Assembly (NCBI GenBank): GCA_021817785.1
Contig: JAKAFY010000004.1
Location: forward strand, 6,826-70,825
From: a bacterium
GTDB taxonomy: Bacteria > Patescibacteriota > Microgenomatia > UBA10105 > UBA927
DNA: 64,000 nt
Direction: 5' to 3'
Part shown: positions 10,069 through 19,275 of the stretch, in pieces
How the letters are laid out: each line of letters starts with the position of its first letter
Numbering within the stretch: the first letter of the stretch is position 1
Made by a program: the position numbers and the translations under genes
Notes under the pieces: model-generated
Seen by the model: only the letters and a program-made list of their open reading frames with translations
The model's database searches: none
Told to the model about the DNA's origin: nothing

Positions 10069-10198
10069 CCGATCTATTATGCATTATGTGCCCATACAAC
10101 ATACATATGTGCTATGTACTATACCCCTACCCATGGGAAAATCAATAGTGTAATCCCCCATTTCCAACCGCCGGCAAGTCTGATATAGTCTTTCATAT

Positions 10199-10747
10199 AT
10201 GACAGACTCAGTATGTCCCAAATGTGGCAGTCCGTTAGGAGAAATTCAGGAAACCAAAACCGGCAAAAAGCTGCAGCGCTGCAGTACGGGCCGATGGAAT
10301 CCGGAGACCAAAAAAAACGAAGGGTGTGATTATGTGAAATGGTTTACCCCGGAGCCTCAGGCGCTGGAAGAAAAGTGCCCCAAATGCGGCTCCCCGCTGG
10401 TGTTAGTCGTCACTCGCTTCGGCAAAAAGATGAAAAAGTGTTCGACCAATGTCTGGAACAAAGAAACCAAAAAAGCCGAAGGCTGCGATTATGTCGAGTG
10501 GATCAACGGCACGACGGAGCAGCTGGATGAAATTTGTCCGGAATGCGGCAACAAGCTTGTCCTGTACACAACCGCCAGCGGCAAAAAGATGAAAAAATGT
10601 TCGACCAGCGGCTGGGACCGTGAGAAAAAACAGGCAACCGGCTGCACCTATGTCCAGTGGCTCAAGCCCGGCGAATCAGCGACCAGTGCGCCGAACGGGG
10701 AAGAATTTTTGCCTCCTGAGCCGCCGGATGCAGAAGATGCCAAATAA
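10199..10747 (+). CDS. Standalone topoisomerase-type C4 zinc-ribbon repeat protein
   Basis: Three repeats of CP(K/E)CG..L.....GKK...CST..W....K...GC.YV.W. Confidence 0.85.
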   Translation: MTDSVCPKCGSPLGEIQETKTGKKLQRCSTGRWNPETKKNEGCDYVKWFTPEPQALEEKCPKCGSPLVLVVTRFGKKMKKCSTNVWNKETKKAEGCDYVEWINGTTEQLDEICPECGNKLVLYTTASGKKMKKCSTSGWDREKKQATGCTYVQWLKPGESATSAPNGEEFLPPEPPDAEDAK

Positions 10748-11066
10748 ACCCCGCGCGCGCTCCATACGCGTTACCGCGCTTACCACGTTTATCCAAAAAT
10801 CAATGGGGCTTATCGGAAAACATTCCGTTTCTCCCGTCACTTTTTCCACCCGGTGGGGACTGCACACCTTTGGCATGTGCGTACCCATCGATGTTCTTAT
10901 TTTGGATGATGACGGCCACGTCGTTTCCCTCGCGCAGTATCTGCACCCAAACCGCTTCTTTTTCTGGAACCCGAAATATATTCGCGTGGTAGAGCTTCCG
11001 GCAGGGTATATCCGCCAAAAGCATATTGCTATCGGAGACACGTTATTGCTACGCACGGCGCAATAA
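10737..11066 (+). CDS. DUF192-family protein
   Basis: GLHTFGM.VPIDVLILD and VVELPAG motifs. Confidence 0.82.
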   Translation: MPNKPRARSIRVTALTTFIQKSMGLIGKHSVSPVTFSTRWGLHTFGMCVPIDVLILDDDGHVVSLAQYLHPNRFFFWNPKYIRVVELPAGYIRQKHIAIGDTLLLRTAQ

Positions 11067-11096
11067 AAAGATGCGCCGGGCAGGGGCGCACCTTTT
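11065..11096. terminator. Bidirectional terminator
   Basis: AAAAGATGCGCC-GGGCAGG-GGCGCACCTTTT between convergent genes. Confidence 0.65.
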
Positions 11097-11114
11097 ATAT
11101 ATTATTCGATGGTA

Positions 11115-11531
11115 TTACTGCGGCCGCACGATTACGGTTTGGACATTGTTCCAAAATCCTCCCCCGCTGACCATGATGGTTGCTCCGACTTTGAGATCCG
11201 CAGTCGTTCCTTTGACGATCGTTTCCACCACCGTTTTATCGGAAAGCGTCAGGTCCTGGGTGGTGCCGTTTGGCAGGGTCACGGTTACCGTATTTCCTTT
11301 TACCGCTGTGACTTTCCCCTGCATGCCGCGGCCCAACCTTCCGGTAAATGTGCGGGTCGGGTGTCCGCTGATCATTCCCCCGTATCCCAGACGGCGGGAA
11401 AGCATGGGTTGCGTGTTGCCCCACGCTCCGGCAAACCGTCGCGCGGCGACATGGGTTCCGGCAAAAAATCCTATTGCCCCCACGGCCAACGCGATGACCA
11501 CGGTGAGTGCGATACTTGATGTGTCTTTCAT
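11115..11531 (-). CDS. Membrane-anchored protein with DUF5666-like OB-fold
   Basis: AAGGAG RBS; TM segment IGFFAG; GKVTAVKGNTVTV and DLKVGATIMVSG motifs. Confidence 0.7.
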   Translation of the reverse strand: MKDTSSIALTVVIALAVGAIGFFAGTHVAARRFAGAWGNTQPMLSRRLGYGGMISGHPTRTFTGRLGRGMQGKVTAVKGNTVTVTLPNGTTQDLTLSDKTVVETIVKGTTADLKVGATIMVSGGGFWNNVQTVIVRPQ

Positions 11532-11702
11532 AGACAAAACTCCTTTGTGTACATGCATCCGATACACCGGATAGTAATAAAGTTCCTTGGCTCCGTCTTC
11601 AGTCGTCGTCCTCTCCGGTCCTTCGTATGGATCTGGCGGGAAGTCTGACCCGACGGATGCTCAAGTAGGTGTACTATATCGCCGTCACCTGAAAACAAGC
11701 TG

Positions 11703-12863
11703 ATGATTGGCGTATCGCGTATAATAGACGCTGCTGTGCAGACCATTACCCAACCCAACCGCATCGTACTCATCTACCTTGCCCGTCCCCGTATCAGCCG
11801 TTCCGAAATGGAAAAAGACGTTACGGAGGTTTGGCAGCTTGTGAGTACGCTGGGAAACGCCAGAATCATCGATATCATCACTCAGCACGGCAGCTCCACG
11901 CAGTCGACGTATATCGGTTCCGGCAAAGCCGCCGAAATTGCGGAGTATCTTCGCACGCATTCGGTGGATACCGTGCTCGTCAGCGGCAATCTGAAACCAA
12001 ACCAGAAGTTCAATCTCGTCAAACTTTTTTGGGGCATACATCCGACTATCCGGGTATGGGACAGGATAGACCTTATTCTCGCCATTTTTTCCCGCCACGC
12101 CCATACCACGGAAGCTTCTCTCCAGATAGATCTTGCCCGTATGCGGCATATGGGGCCGCGTATATACGGCATGGGCCACGAGCTGTCGCAGCAGGGCGGC
12201 GGCATCGGTACCCGCGGCATTGGGGAAACGAATACGGAACTCATGGAACGCCACTGGAAACGCGAAATCAAAAAAGTCCGTGATCAGCTGGACGCACTCG
12301 TCGCAAACCGTACGCGCCAGATGGAAAACCGCAAAAACCTTGGTATACAAACCATTTCAATAGTGGGTTACACCAACGCAGGCAAAACCTCGCTGTTTAA
12401 TGTATTGACGCACAAAAAGCGTCTCGTAGAAAACGCACTGTTTGCCACGCTGGATAGCACGGTTGGGGAAATATATATGCCGGCTCTTGGGAAAAAAGTG
12501 GTTGTCTCCGATACCATCGGATTTATCAGCAATCTTCCGCCGGACCTTATCGAAGCATTTACCTCTACATTACTGGAATCCGTGCATGCGGATGTTGTCC
12601 TCCACGTCATCGACGCGTCGGATCCGGATATCCGGGAAAAAATAGATGTGGTCAGCCACATACTGGATCAGCTCCATATTCCGCCGGAAAAAGAAGTATT
12701 GGTGTTTAATAAAATCGATGCGGCACCATCTCTTGACCGAAGCAAGCTACATAGCTACGCCCGCGGTACGCCGTACGCTATCGTTTCCGCCAAAACAGGA
12801 GAGGGGGTCGAAGAGCTGCTCTCTACAGCGCTTCCTAAATTTTTCCAGTCAACCAAAAAATAG
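11703..12863 (+). CDS. hflX: GTPase HflX
   Basis: YIGSGK, DRIDLILAIF, GTRGIGET, GYTNAGKTS, LFATLD, DTIGF and NKID motifs. The true start may be GTG 11736. Confidence 0.96.
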   Translation: MIGVSRIIDAAVQTITQPNRIVLIYLARPRISRSEMEKDVTEVWQLVSTLGNARIIDIITQHGSSTQSTYIGSGKAAEIAEYLRTHSVDTVLVSGNLKPNQKFNLVKLFWGIHPTIRVWDRIDLILAIFSRHAHTTEASLQIDLARMRHMGPRIYGMGHELSQQGGGIGTRGIGETNTELMERHWKREIKKVRDQLDALVANRTRQMENRKNLGIQTISIVGYTNAGKTSLFNVLTHKKRLVENALFATLDSTVGEIYMPALGKKVVVSDTIGFISNLPPDLIEAFTSTLLESVHADVVLHVIDASDPDIREKIDVVSHILDQLHIPPEKEVLVFNKIDAAPSLDRSKLHSYARGTPYAIVSAKTGEGVEELLSTALPKFFQSTKK

Positions 12864-12924
12864 CCGATGATACTGAAAGTAAACCAAAAAAACATTACGC
12901 GAGTTTTATTTTATGAGGGTGGGA

Positions 12925-13386
12925 TCAACGTCTTCGAGGCCATCGAATCGCTGCTAAACACATATCAGGTGGTAACTTTGTTCCGCTGACTTGAAACGTC
13001 GCGTTTATTCCAGAAATTCGGTTCTTAGGAGTAGAATGAAGACGAGACGAAGTATTGCTATCGAGTATAGTTTGTAACCCAAGAAGTGCCAATGGTCGTA
13101 ACAATCCGAGATCATTTGCTTTATCTACAACGTCCATATGATGATAATCACGACGTCCATCATTTCTACTCTTTACGGCGCTTAATAAATTTCGCACCGT
13201 TCCTTCGCCGGAACACAACTTCTGTCCAATTTCTATTGACGAATAGCCTTGCGCATGTAGGCGAAGCGCTTCCAACTCTCTTAATGATGCAAGAAATCCT
13301 TTGTAATAAATCCAAATATCGTCATTCCGTGAGAATGCTACTGTCGCAACCCTCCCACCGCCCAACTCAATATCTCGCATAAACAT
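12925..13386 (-). CDS. LuxR-type helix-turn-helix protein
   Basis: RELEALRLHAQGYSSIEIGQKLCSGEGTVRNLLSAV. Has its own TTGACT-17-TATAAT promoter at ~13395-13423. Confidence 0.6.
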   Translation of the reverse strand: MFMRDIELGGGRVATVAFSRNDDIWIYYKGFLASLRELEALRLHAQGYSSIEIGQKLCSGEGTVRNLLSAVKSRNDGRRDYHHMDVVDKANDLGLLRPLALLGLQTILDSNTSSRLHSTPKNRISGINATFQVSGTKLPPDMCLAAIRWPRRR

Positions 13387-13439
13387 AGGGCCATATTATA
13401 CTATGGGGCTATATAACAGTCAAAATGACCGTCTGGGGG

Positions 13440-13889
13440 CTATTGGAGAACATCTGTGTCATGTACTATTTCCGCGGCATGTACCAGCGGATTTACGCCG
13501 ATATAGCTTTTTACGATTTCCCCGTTGGGATGTATGAGATAGGTATTGCGTAAGACGCCCGTAAACTCCCTGCCCATAAACTTTTTTACTCCCCACGCGC
13601 CATACGCTTCGGCCACGGCATGGTCCTCGTCGGACAGTATCGGAAACGTCAAATGATATTTATCTGCAAACTTTTTATGGCTTGCCACACTGTCTTTGGA
13701 TATCCCCAGTACGACGATTCCCCGCTTCGTATACTCCGCGCCGCGATCGCGGAATCCGCATGCTTCCTTGGTGCACCCCGGCGTATTATCTTTGGGATAA
13801 AAATACACGACCACCCATGATCCTGTATACGCTGCCAGCGCATGATGCTTGCCGTTTTGGTCCAGGAGTGAAAAGAGCGGCGCGTTCAT
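13440..13889 (-). CDS. bcp: Peroxiredoxin Bcp
   Basis: YFYPKDNTPGCTKEAC motif. Confidence 0.93.
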   Translation of the reverse strand: MNAPLFSLLDQNGKHHALAAYTGSWVVVYFYPKDNTPGCTKEACGFRDRGAEYTKRGIVVLGISKDSVASHKKFADKYHLTFPILSDEDHAVAEAYGAWGVKKFMGREFTGVLRNTYLIHPNGEIVKSYIGVNPLVHAAEIVHDTDVLQ

Positions 13890-13891
13890 AG

Positions 13892-15241
13892 TTACACCTG
13901 TGCCGTATCATGCAGATGCGGCAATACGATATCCGAAATTCCCAGTTCAGTGCTCACGCGTTTGGCCAGTATGTTGCGCTGGCCGTCTTCCCCATGTGTC
14001 AGAAATACTTTCTTTACCCCCTGTATAGGCTGCAACCAATCCATCAGCTGCTGCTGGTCGGCGTGCGAGCTCATGGCCTGCGTATCATGCACCACGCCCG
14101 CCACTTTTACGGTTCTGCCGTCTATGTGTACGGTGCGTTTTCCTTCCAGCAGTTCGCGCCCCAGCGTTTCCTCCCCCTGGTATCCCACGATGAGCAATCT
14201 GGTGGACGCAATCGGCAGGTAGCGCATGGCGTGTTCCCGGATTCTTCCCCCGGTCATCATGCCGCTTCCGGCGATGATCACCTTTGCTCCGGGTTGTGTA
14301 TCCAGCGCGATGCTTTCCTTGCGTTTCCCGATGACGATCAGGCCGGGAAATCCGTACGGCCCCTCCCCGCCGGACTCGTAGCGCACATGCGTATTGCAGT
14401 CTTCGGGATACCGGCTATAGATATGGGTTGCGGTGTTCCCCATCGGGCTGTCGGCATACACGGGCGTTTCGCTGCGTACCTTTCCGTCTTTTTTCAAATG
14501 CATGATCATATGCAAAAGTTCCTGCGTCCGCTGCAGGGAAAATGCGGGGATGAGCAGTGTCCCGCCGCTCCCCTCCACCGCATTGATTTCATTTTGGACG
14601 GTCTCCTTGGGGTCAGTAGTAGGATGCAGCCGGTCTCCGTAGGTAGACTCCATCACCACGGCATCGGCGGATTCGATGGTTTCGGTTTCTAAAAGCAAAT
14701 CATCCGGCGAATTTCCCAGGTCGCCGCTAAATACGATGCGTTGTATGTCGGAATCCGCTTTCGTGTCTTTGATCTCGATCATGGCCGACCCCATGATATG
14801 CCCGGCATCGCGAAGCGTTACCATAAAGTCCCCTATTGGAAACGGCGTGCGATAATACACGCGCTGAAACCGCTGGATGGTCTGTAGCACCCTTTCTTCA
14901 TCATACAGCTCGGGCTTTTCGTCTTCTTTGGCTATCTTTGCGCTGTCTATAAGAGACAATTCCGTCAGATCCGCTGTCGCTGGCGTCATCCATATGGGTG
15001 CGGTATATCCGTTTTTTAAAAGTATCGGCAGTCTGCCGCAGTGGTCCAGATGTGCGTGCGTAAGTATTGCGCCGGACAGCGTGCTGCAGTCATACGCGTA
15101 CGGCTGGTAATTTAGCTGTTCTATCTCTGCCGGTCCCTGAAACATCCCGAGGTCTATAAGGATCGATTGTCCGGAGCCGGAAGTTACGACATAGCTCGAG
15201 CCGGTTACGGTGCCGGCAGCTCCCAAAAAGGTTATCTTCAC
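13892..15241 (-). CDS. MBL-fold beta-CASP RNA-processing hydrolase
   Basis: FLGAAGTVTGS, THAHLDHCG, AGHIMGS, FSGDLG, MESTYG, SSHAD and THGE motifs. Confidence 0.92.
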   Translation of the reverse strand: MKITFLGAAGTVTGSSYVVTSGSGQSILIDLGMFQGPAEIEQLNYQPYAYDCSTLSGAILTHAHLDHCGRLPILLKNGYTAPIWMTPATADLTELSLIDSAKIAKEDEKPELYDEERVLQTIQRFQRVYYRTPFPIGDFMVTLRDAGHIMGSAMIEIKDTKADSDIQRIVFSGDLGNSPDDLLLETETIESADAVVMESTYGDRLHPTTDPKETVQNEINAVEGSGGTLLIPAFSLQRTQELLHMIMHLKKDGKVRSETPVYADSPMGNTATHIYSRYPEDCNTHVRYESGGEGPYGFPGLIVIGKRKESIALDTQPGAKVIIAGSGMMTGGRIREHAMRYLPIASTRLLIVGYQGEETLGRELLEGKRTVHIDGRTVKVAGVVHDTQAMSSHADQQQLMDWLQPIQGVKKVFLTHGEDGQRNILAKRVSTELGISDIVLPHLHDTAQV

Positions 15242-15285
15242 CTTACCACTATACTATATTTCACTGTGCCAAACGTATATATATT

Positions 15286-15609
15286 TCAGGACCAACGTAA
15301 CGTTGAATTATATCGAAGCGTTTGGCGAGCTTCAGAAGTAGAACCTACGCCACCGCCGTCTGGCACTGTTATCATCACATTAACATCATTTGTCAGTAAA
15401 TGTGACAATACATCATGGCCAAATCCTCTACCACCAAAGGAGTACATAATTTCCGGCCCGTCAGGAAGTGACACTGTTATGCAACCGCCTCGCAAGACTG
15501 CGCCCGTTACCACCCATCCAAGCTCTCTTGCCCTACGATTATTTCGTAACAAACCGATGGCTTTCACCACATCCGAGCCATATTTGCTTTCGATAATTTT
15601 TTGTAACAT
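15286..15609 (-). CDS. Hypothetical protein
   Basis: AT-richer orphan ORF with an upstream TTGACT-18-TAGAAT promoter-like sequence. Confidence 0.45.
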   Translation of the reverse strand: MLQKIIESKYGSDVVKAIGLLRNNRRARELGWVVTGAVLRGGCITVSLPDGPEIMYSFGGRGFGHDVLSHLLTNDVNVMITVPDGGGVGSTSEARQTLRYNSTLRWS

Positions 15610-15716
15610 ATCTTACACGGAAAAATATATTCTATAGCAGAAAATAACTATAAGTCAATATTTGAGGCTATCTATTTACGAATCCATATAATTCAAGGTT
15701 ATATTATACTGATTCT

Positions 15717-16304
15717 ATGCGCGCAACATATGCTATCCGCCTCCTCGTTCTTGGTGCCGTCATCGCCATCCTTGTTTTCCAAACCATGCAAAAGCCGGCG
15801 CTCCTGCAGCATCCGGCACTTCCCTCGGAGCACACCGGTATAGCCACAGGCAGCGCGGTATTGGGAGTCGTCACCAAATCCGCTGACTGCGTCACCGACG
15901 GCACATTGCCGGACAGCAGTTGTACTCCGGGAGCGATCGACCCCAATGTCACCCAGGACAATATCGGTAGCACCATCTGCGTATCGGGATATACGAAAAG
16001 TGTCCGGCCGGATGTTTCCGTCACCAACACCATCAAAACGAACGTGATGATAGCCTACCGCGACACAGGGACCAAAGCAGACTACGAGCTCGACCACCTT
16101 ATCTCCCTCGAACTCGGCGGGTGTCCGGATTGTGTGGCCAATCTCTGGCCCGAGCCGTATGGCATAGCCTTGGGCGCCCGCGAAAAAGACAAAGTGGAAA
16201 ACTACCTGCGCAAACAGGTGTGCAGCGGCGCCATCAGCTTATCCCAGGCCCAGTCCCAGATCGCCCGCGACTGGGTAAGCGTCTACAGACAACTACCGCA
16301 ATAA
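15717..16304 (+). CDS. Membrane-anchored or secreted HNH-like protein
   Basis: N-terminal hydrophobic segment; YELDHLISLELGG..NLWPEP..EKDKVEN motif. Confidence 0.7.
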   Translation: MRATYAIRLLVLGAVIAILVFQTMQKPALLQHPALPSEHTGIATGSAVLGVVTKSADCVTDGTLPDSSCTPGAIDPNVTQDNIGSTICVSGYTKSVRPDVSVTNTIKTNVMIAYRDTGTKADYELDHLISLELGGCPDCVANLWPEPYGIALGAREKDKVENYLRKQVCSGAISLSQAQSQIARDWVSVYRQLPQ

Positions 16305-17270
16305 TTGAGTTATAAGATTCACAACATGATCTTTCTTTTCAGCCTTACTCTCAGCGACAAGCAACGCCAATGCAGTTAACCCTGCCGGATTGATGCGTCC
16401 GCCTCCCCGCACGCCCGTCTTCCGTAAAAACCAAACGAATGCAAAAGCGCCGGACCTTTTGTTTCCGTCGATAAATGGATGATTTTTTATGATGAAATAC
16501 AGAAGATGCGCGGCTTTTTCTTCAATAGATGCATATAGGTCAGCTCCATTAAATGACTGCATCACATTACCCACTATTCCCTCTATACTCTTCGTTTGTT
16601 TCTCTTTGGCAAATAACTCAGATGCTCCATTTCTTTTTATGAGTTCACGGCGTAAATGAGAGATAGCACGGGTTAATTCGCTCCCCGTCAACTGCACTGC
16701 CTTTTTTGTAAAACCAAGAGGATGTACGGTTCCCTTATCGTATGCTTCAAGCGATACCCACGTCGTAGCAAATTCTTTTATAAGATCCAAAATATTTTTT
16801 GGATCCAACTGGGCGTGTTCAGGCAATAGAGCCTGAATATCTGTTACGGACTTCATAAACGACGTGTAATTTTTGGCGATTCTCTTACGATTTATTGTGT
16901 AGCCGCGCGTTATATGAAGATGCAGTATTTTTGTCGCCCATATCCGAAACTGAGTCGCTCGTTTTGAGCTCACTCGATACCCAATAGACAAAATCATATC
17001 CAAGTTATAGTGCAGGACTTCACGGGAAATACTTCGTATGCCTTCTTGTTGAACTATCCGGATTTTCCGGATAGTTGAAGAATCTCTTAATTCCTCAGAT
17101 GAATAAATATGTTGTATGTGCTCATTCACCGTACGGACATCTACTTCAAACGCGGCCGCGATTTGCGACTGAGTCGCCCAAATAGTTTCATGTGCATAAT
17201 CTCCACGCAACTCTATAGCACCACTTGAGGCTTGGAAGATTACCGACGTAGTTTTTTGTTGCGTTGACAT
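16293..17270 (-). CDS. RhuM-like / Fic-Doc fusion protein
   Basis: RhuM motifs ETIWATQSQIA..F, YNLDMILSIGYRV and ATQFRIWA; Fic/Doc motif HPFIDGNKRSG. Confidence 0.9.
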   Translation of the reverse strand: MSTQQKTTSVIFQASSGAIELRGDYAHETIWATQSQIAAAFEVDVRTVNEHIQHIYSSEELRDSSTIRKIRIVQQEGIRSISREVLHYNLDMILSIGYRVSSKRATQFRIWATKILHLHITRGYTINRKRIAKNYTSFMKSVTDIQALLPEHAQLDPKNILDLIKEFATTWVSLEAYDKGTVHPLGFTKKAVQLTGSELTRAISHLRRELIKRNGASELFAKEKQTKSIEGIVGNVMQSFNGADLYASIEEKAAHLLYFIIKNHPFIDGNKRSGAFAFVWFLRKTGVRGGGRINPAGLTALALLVAESKAEKKDHVVNLITQLLR

Positions 17271-17275
17271 ATACA

Positions 17276-17941
17276 TCACTTCCCGCACGTCTCCGCCTTC
17301 GTATATCCTGCCTTTCTCGCCTCGCGTTCGTCACAAAAATAGTCCTCTCCCCGATTTTTTTCGATCACGGTAAATTTGTACTGCGCGCAGGTGGGCAAAA
17401 AATACGTCTTTACCCCGTTGTCGTCTATGTTTCCCTTTATCGTGCATGTCGAGTTGTCCTTGTTTTCCGTCGACCAGCACGCACCGTATATCCCGCGGTT
17501 AGCCGCACGAGCTTCCGCAGCCGCCGCCTTTAGCGCGTCTTCTTTGGTGGATGTGTCATGGTGGTACGTCGCCCATCCGCTTTTGAGCATCGCTTCGTTT
17601 ACGAGTACGCGCCCGGTATACAGGAGTGCCATCCCCCGTCCCATCTGGTCCGGTATATGTTCGGCTATCACCACCTGTTTTCCCTGGACCAGTGTTTCCA
17701 ATTCTTTTTTGGCTTCTTTCCCGCCGCACGACCCCAATTCAGGGGCATCGATCTGCCGCAATCTCACCCGGTCTTTATTGCCGACTACGATCGTATCCCC
17801 GTCTATGACGCCGATCACCGGCACGCCAATCTCGGGCCGATCGTATTGCCGGGCCAGAAGAACTATATTGAGAAGTATAGACGGGACGAGCAGAACAAGC
17901 CAGACAATTGTTCGCGGGACTATTGATTTTTTATCTATCAT
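17276..17941 (-). CDS. Thermonuclease (SNase) family protein
   Basis: VIDGDTI, VRLRQIDAPE, DQMGR and C-terminal IKGNI...FCDEREARKAGY motifs. Confidence 0.9.
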   Translation of the reverse strand: MIDKKSIVPRTIVWLVLLVPSILLNIVLLARQYDRPEIGVPVIGVIDGDTIVVGNKDRVRLRQIDAPELGSCGGKEAKKELETLVQGKQVVIAEHIPDQMGRGMALLYTGRVLVNEAMLKSGWATYHHDTSTKEDALKAAAAEARAANRGIYGACWSTENKDNSTCTIKGNIDDNGVKTYFLPTCAQYKFTVIEKNRGEDYFCDEREARKAGYTKAETCGK

Positions 17942-17990
17942 ACGTGCCTGAAAATATCATCTTGGCGCGATACATCAACCCGTATTTAGC

Positions 17991-18019
17991 TTGACAAATC
18001 AACCTAAATTACCTATACT
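17991..18019 (+). promoter_or_regulatory. sigma70 promoter with no downstream ORF
   Basis: TTGACA-AATCAACCTAAATTACC (17 bp)-TATACT. Confidence 0.75.
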
Positions 18020-18025
18020 TCTATA

Positions 18026-18083
18026 CAGAATTACCACGAAAAGCGCCCCATAAGGCTCGTCCTTACGGGGTTCTTTTCTTTTT
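18026..18083 (+). ncRNA. Putative small RNA (~55-60 nt) antisense to the NYN gene 3' end
   Basis: Lies between the promoter above and hairpin CCCCATAAGG-CTCGT-CCTTACGGGG followed by TTCTTTTCTTTTT; contains no ATG-started ORF. Confidence 0.45.
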
Positions 18084-18563
18084 ATACGCCACTTTCTTTT
18101 TAAGGTCGCTAAGAAACGCAATGCACCCTGATGGAAACCGCTATAACAACGCAGAATATTTGCGCTGATCCGGGATAAGCAGCTTCTGTAATTTATTCCG
18201 TTGTAAAAGATAATTTACTAAACAGTGGAAATCACCGTCACCGGTCACGATGACTGCCTGGTGATATTCAGATATATCCACCATCGCCTGCAACACAAGC
18301 TCTGCATCACAATTTCCTTTCACCGTCCCGTCTTTGTATCGCAATGTTGGTTTAAAGATGAGGACATAGCCTTTTTCCTGTAGCGAGCGGTATAGATCAG
18401 CATTTGATTCAAAATATCCTATAAATAGGTACGCTTTCGTGACATGATATTTGTCGGATAAATACACACGGAACCGATGGTAATCTAGTTGCCAGCCCAT
18501 CTCTTTAAAAGACATTACCAGATTCTGGCTATCGATAAACGCATAATTATTTTGTTTCGCCAT
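18063..18563 (-). pseudogene. NYN-domain (PIN-like RNase) protein interrupted by an in-frame TAG at 18141-18143
   Basis: YAFIDSQNL, KGNCDAELVL and IVTGDGDF motifs. The frame continues past the TAG as RFPSGCIAFLSDLKKKVAYKKKRTP to TAA at 18063. May instead be an intact, shorter protein. Confidence 0.6.
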
Positions 18564-18625
18564 ACCCTCACTATATGCGAAATATCGGAAATCTCCTGTA
18601 TGGAAGTTCACAATATGCCATGCCG

Positions 18626-18646
18626 CCCACACACCGGGTGTGTGGG
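18626..18646. repeat. Palindromic REP-like element, class B, copy 1
   Basis: CCCACACACC-G-GGTGTGTGGG; the first 17 nt recur at 20199. Confidence 0.75.
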
Positions 18647-18696
18647 TATTTTTTGCGTTCTTTCGCTACTCTGTGTACTATGGGGTGTATATCCCT

Positions 18697-19227
18697 ATGA
18701 TGCTCCGCGGACTCCATACACTCTTTGTCCTGGCATTTCCCAACCTATACATGCAACTTCTGTATATCCTCACGCTGTCTGCAATTCTTACCTGGCTGTT
18801 CCTCAATCAGAAGCTCAATGCGTTTATCAACGCGGTGTTTTCCATTGTGGGAACCGCCCTCGCCGTCATCATCGGATCGTGTATATCCTTAGTCAGCCGT
18901 ACGCTGAACGTTCTCTTTGGCCCTACGCCGATATTCCCTCCCCTTCGTATTCCCATCTTCGTCAAAGCGCTCATCTGTTTTTTGCTCGGTATCGCCGTGT
19001 TGTATATCGATCACGTCTACGGCGCTCGCTGGTTTTCCGCCGATGAAACCATCCCGTTTTACAAAATGGATGTGGCAGATCATGTATTTTGGGTATCGGC
19101 CTATGCACTCTCTATCGGAGGGTTTTGTATCGGACTGGGGAGCTTCTATCTTGTCACACCTCCGGTACGTGCGATCAATGCGCTACTCAGCCGCCCGTTC
19201 CAGATATCTATTAGATTTTATGTATAA
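18697..19227 (+). CDS. Hypothetical membrane protein
   Basis: Several hydrophobic segments; start codon uncertain. Confidence 0.5.
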   Translation: MMLRGLHTLFVLAFPNLYMQLLYILTLSAILTWLFLNQKLNAFINAVFSIVGTALAVIIGSCISLVSRTLNVLFGPTPIFPPLRIPIFVKALICFLLGIAVLYIDHVYGARWFSADETIPFYKMDVADHVFWVSAYALSIGGFCIGLGSFYLVTPPVRAINALLSRPFQISIRFYV

Positions 19228-19275
19228 ATTATTTTTTGTATATATACATAGCATGGTGCTACCATAATAGACAGT

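Noticed and set aside
18141-18143. Genome-wide stop-codon reassignment
   Set aside because: TAG and TGA terminate conserved genes at expected positions and core genes are uninterrupted.
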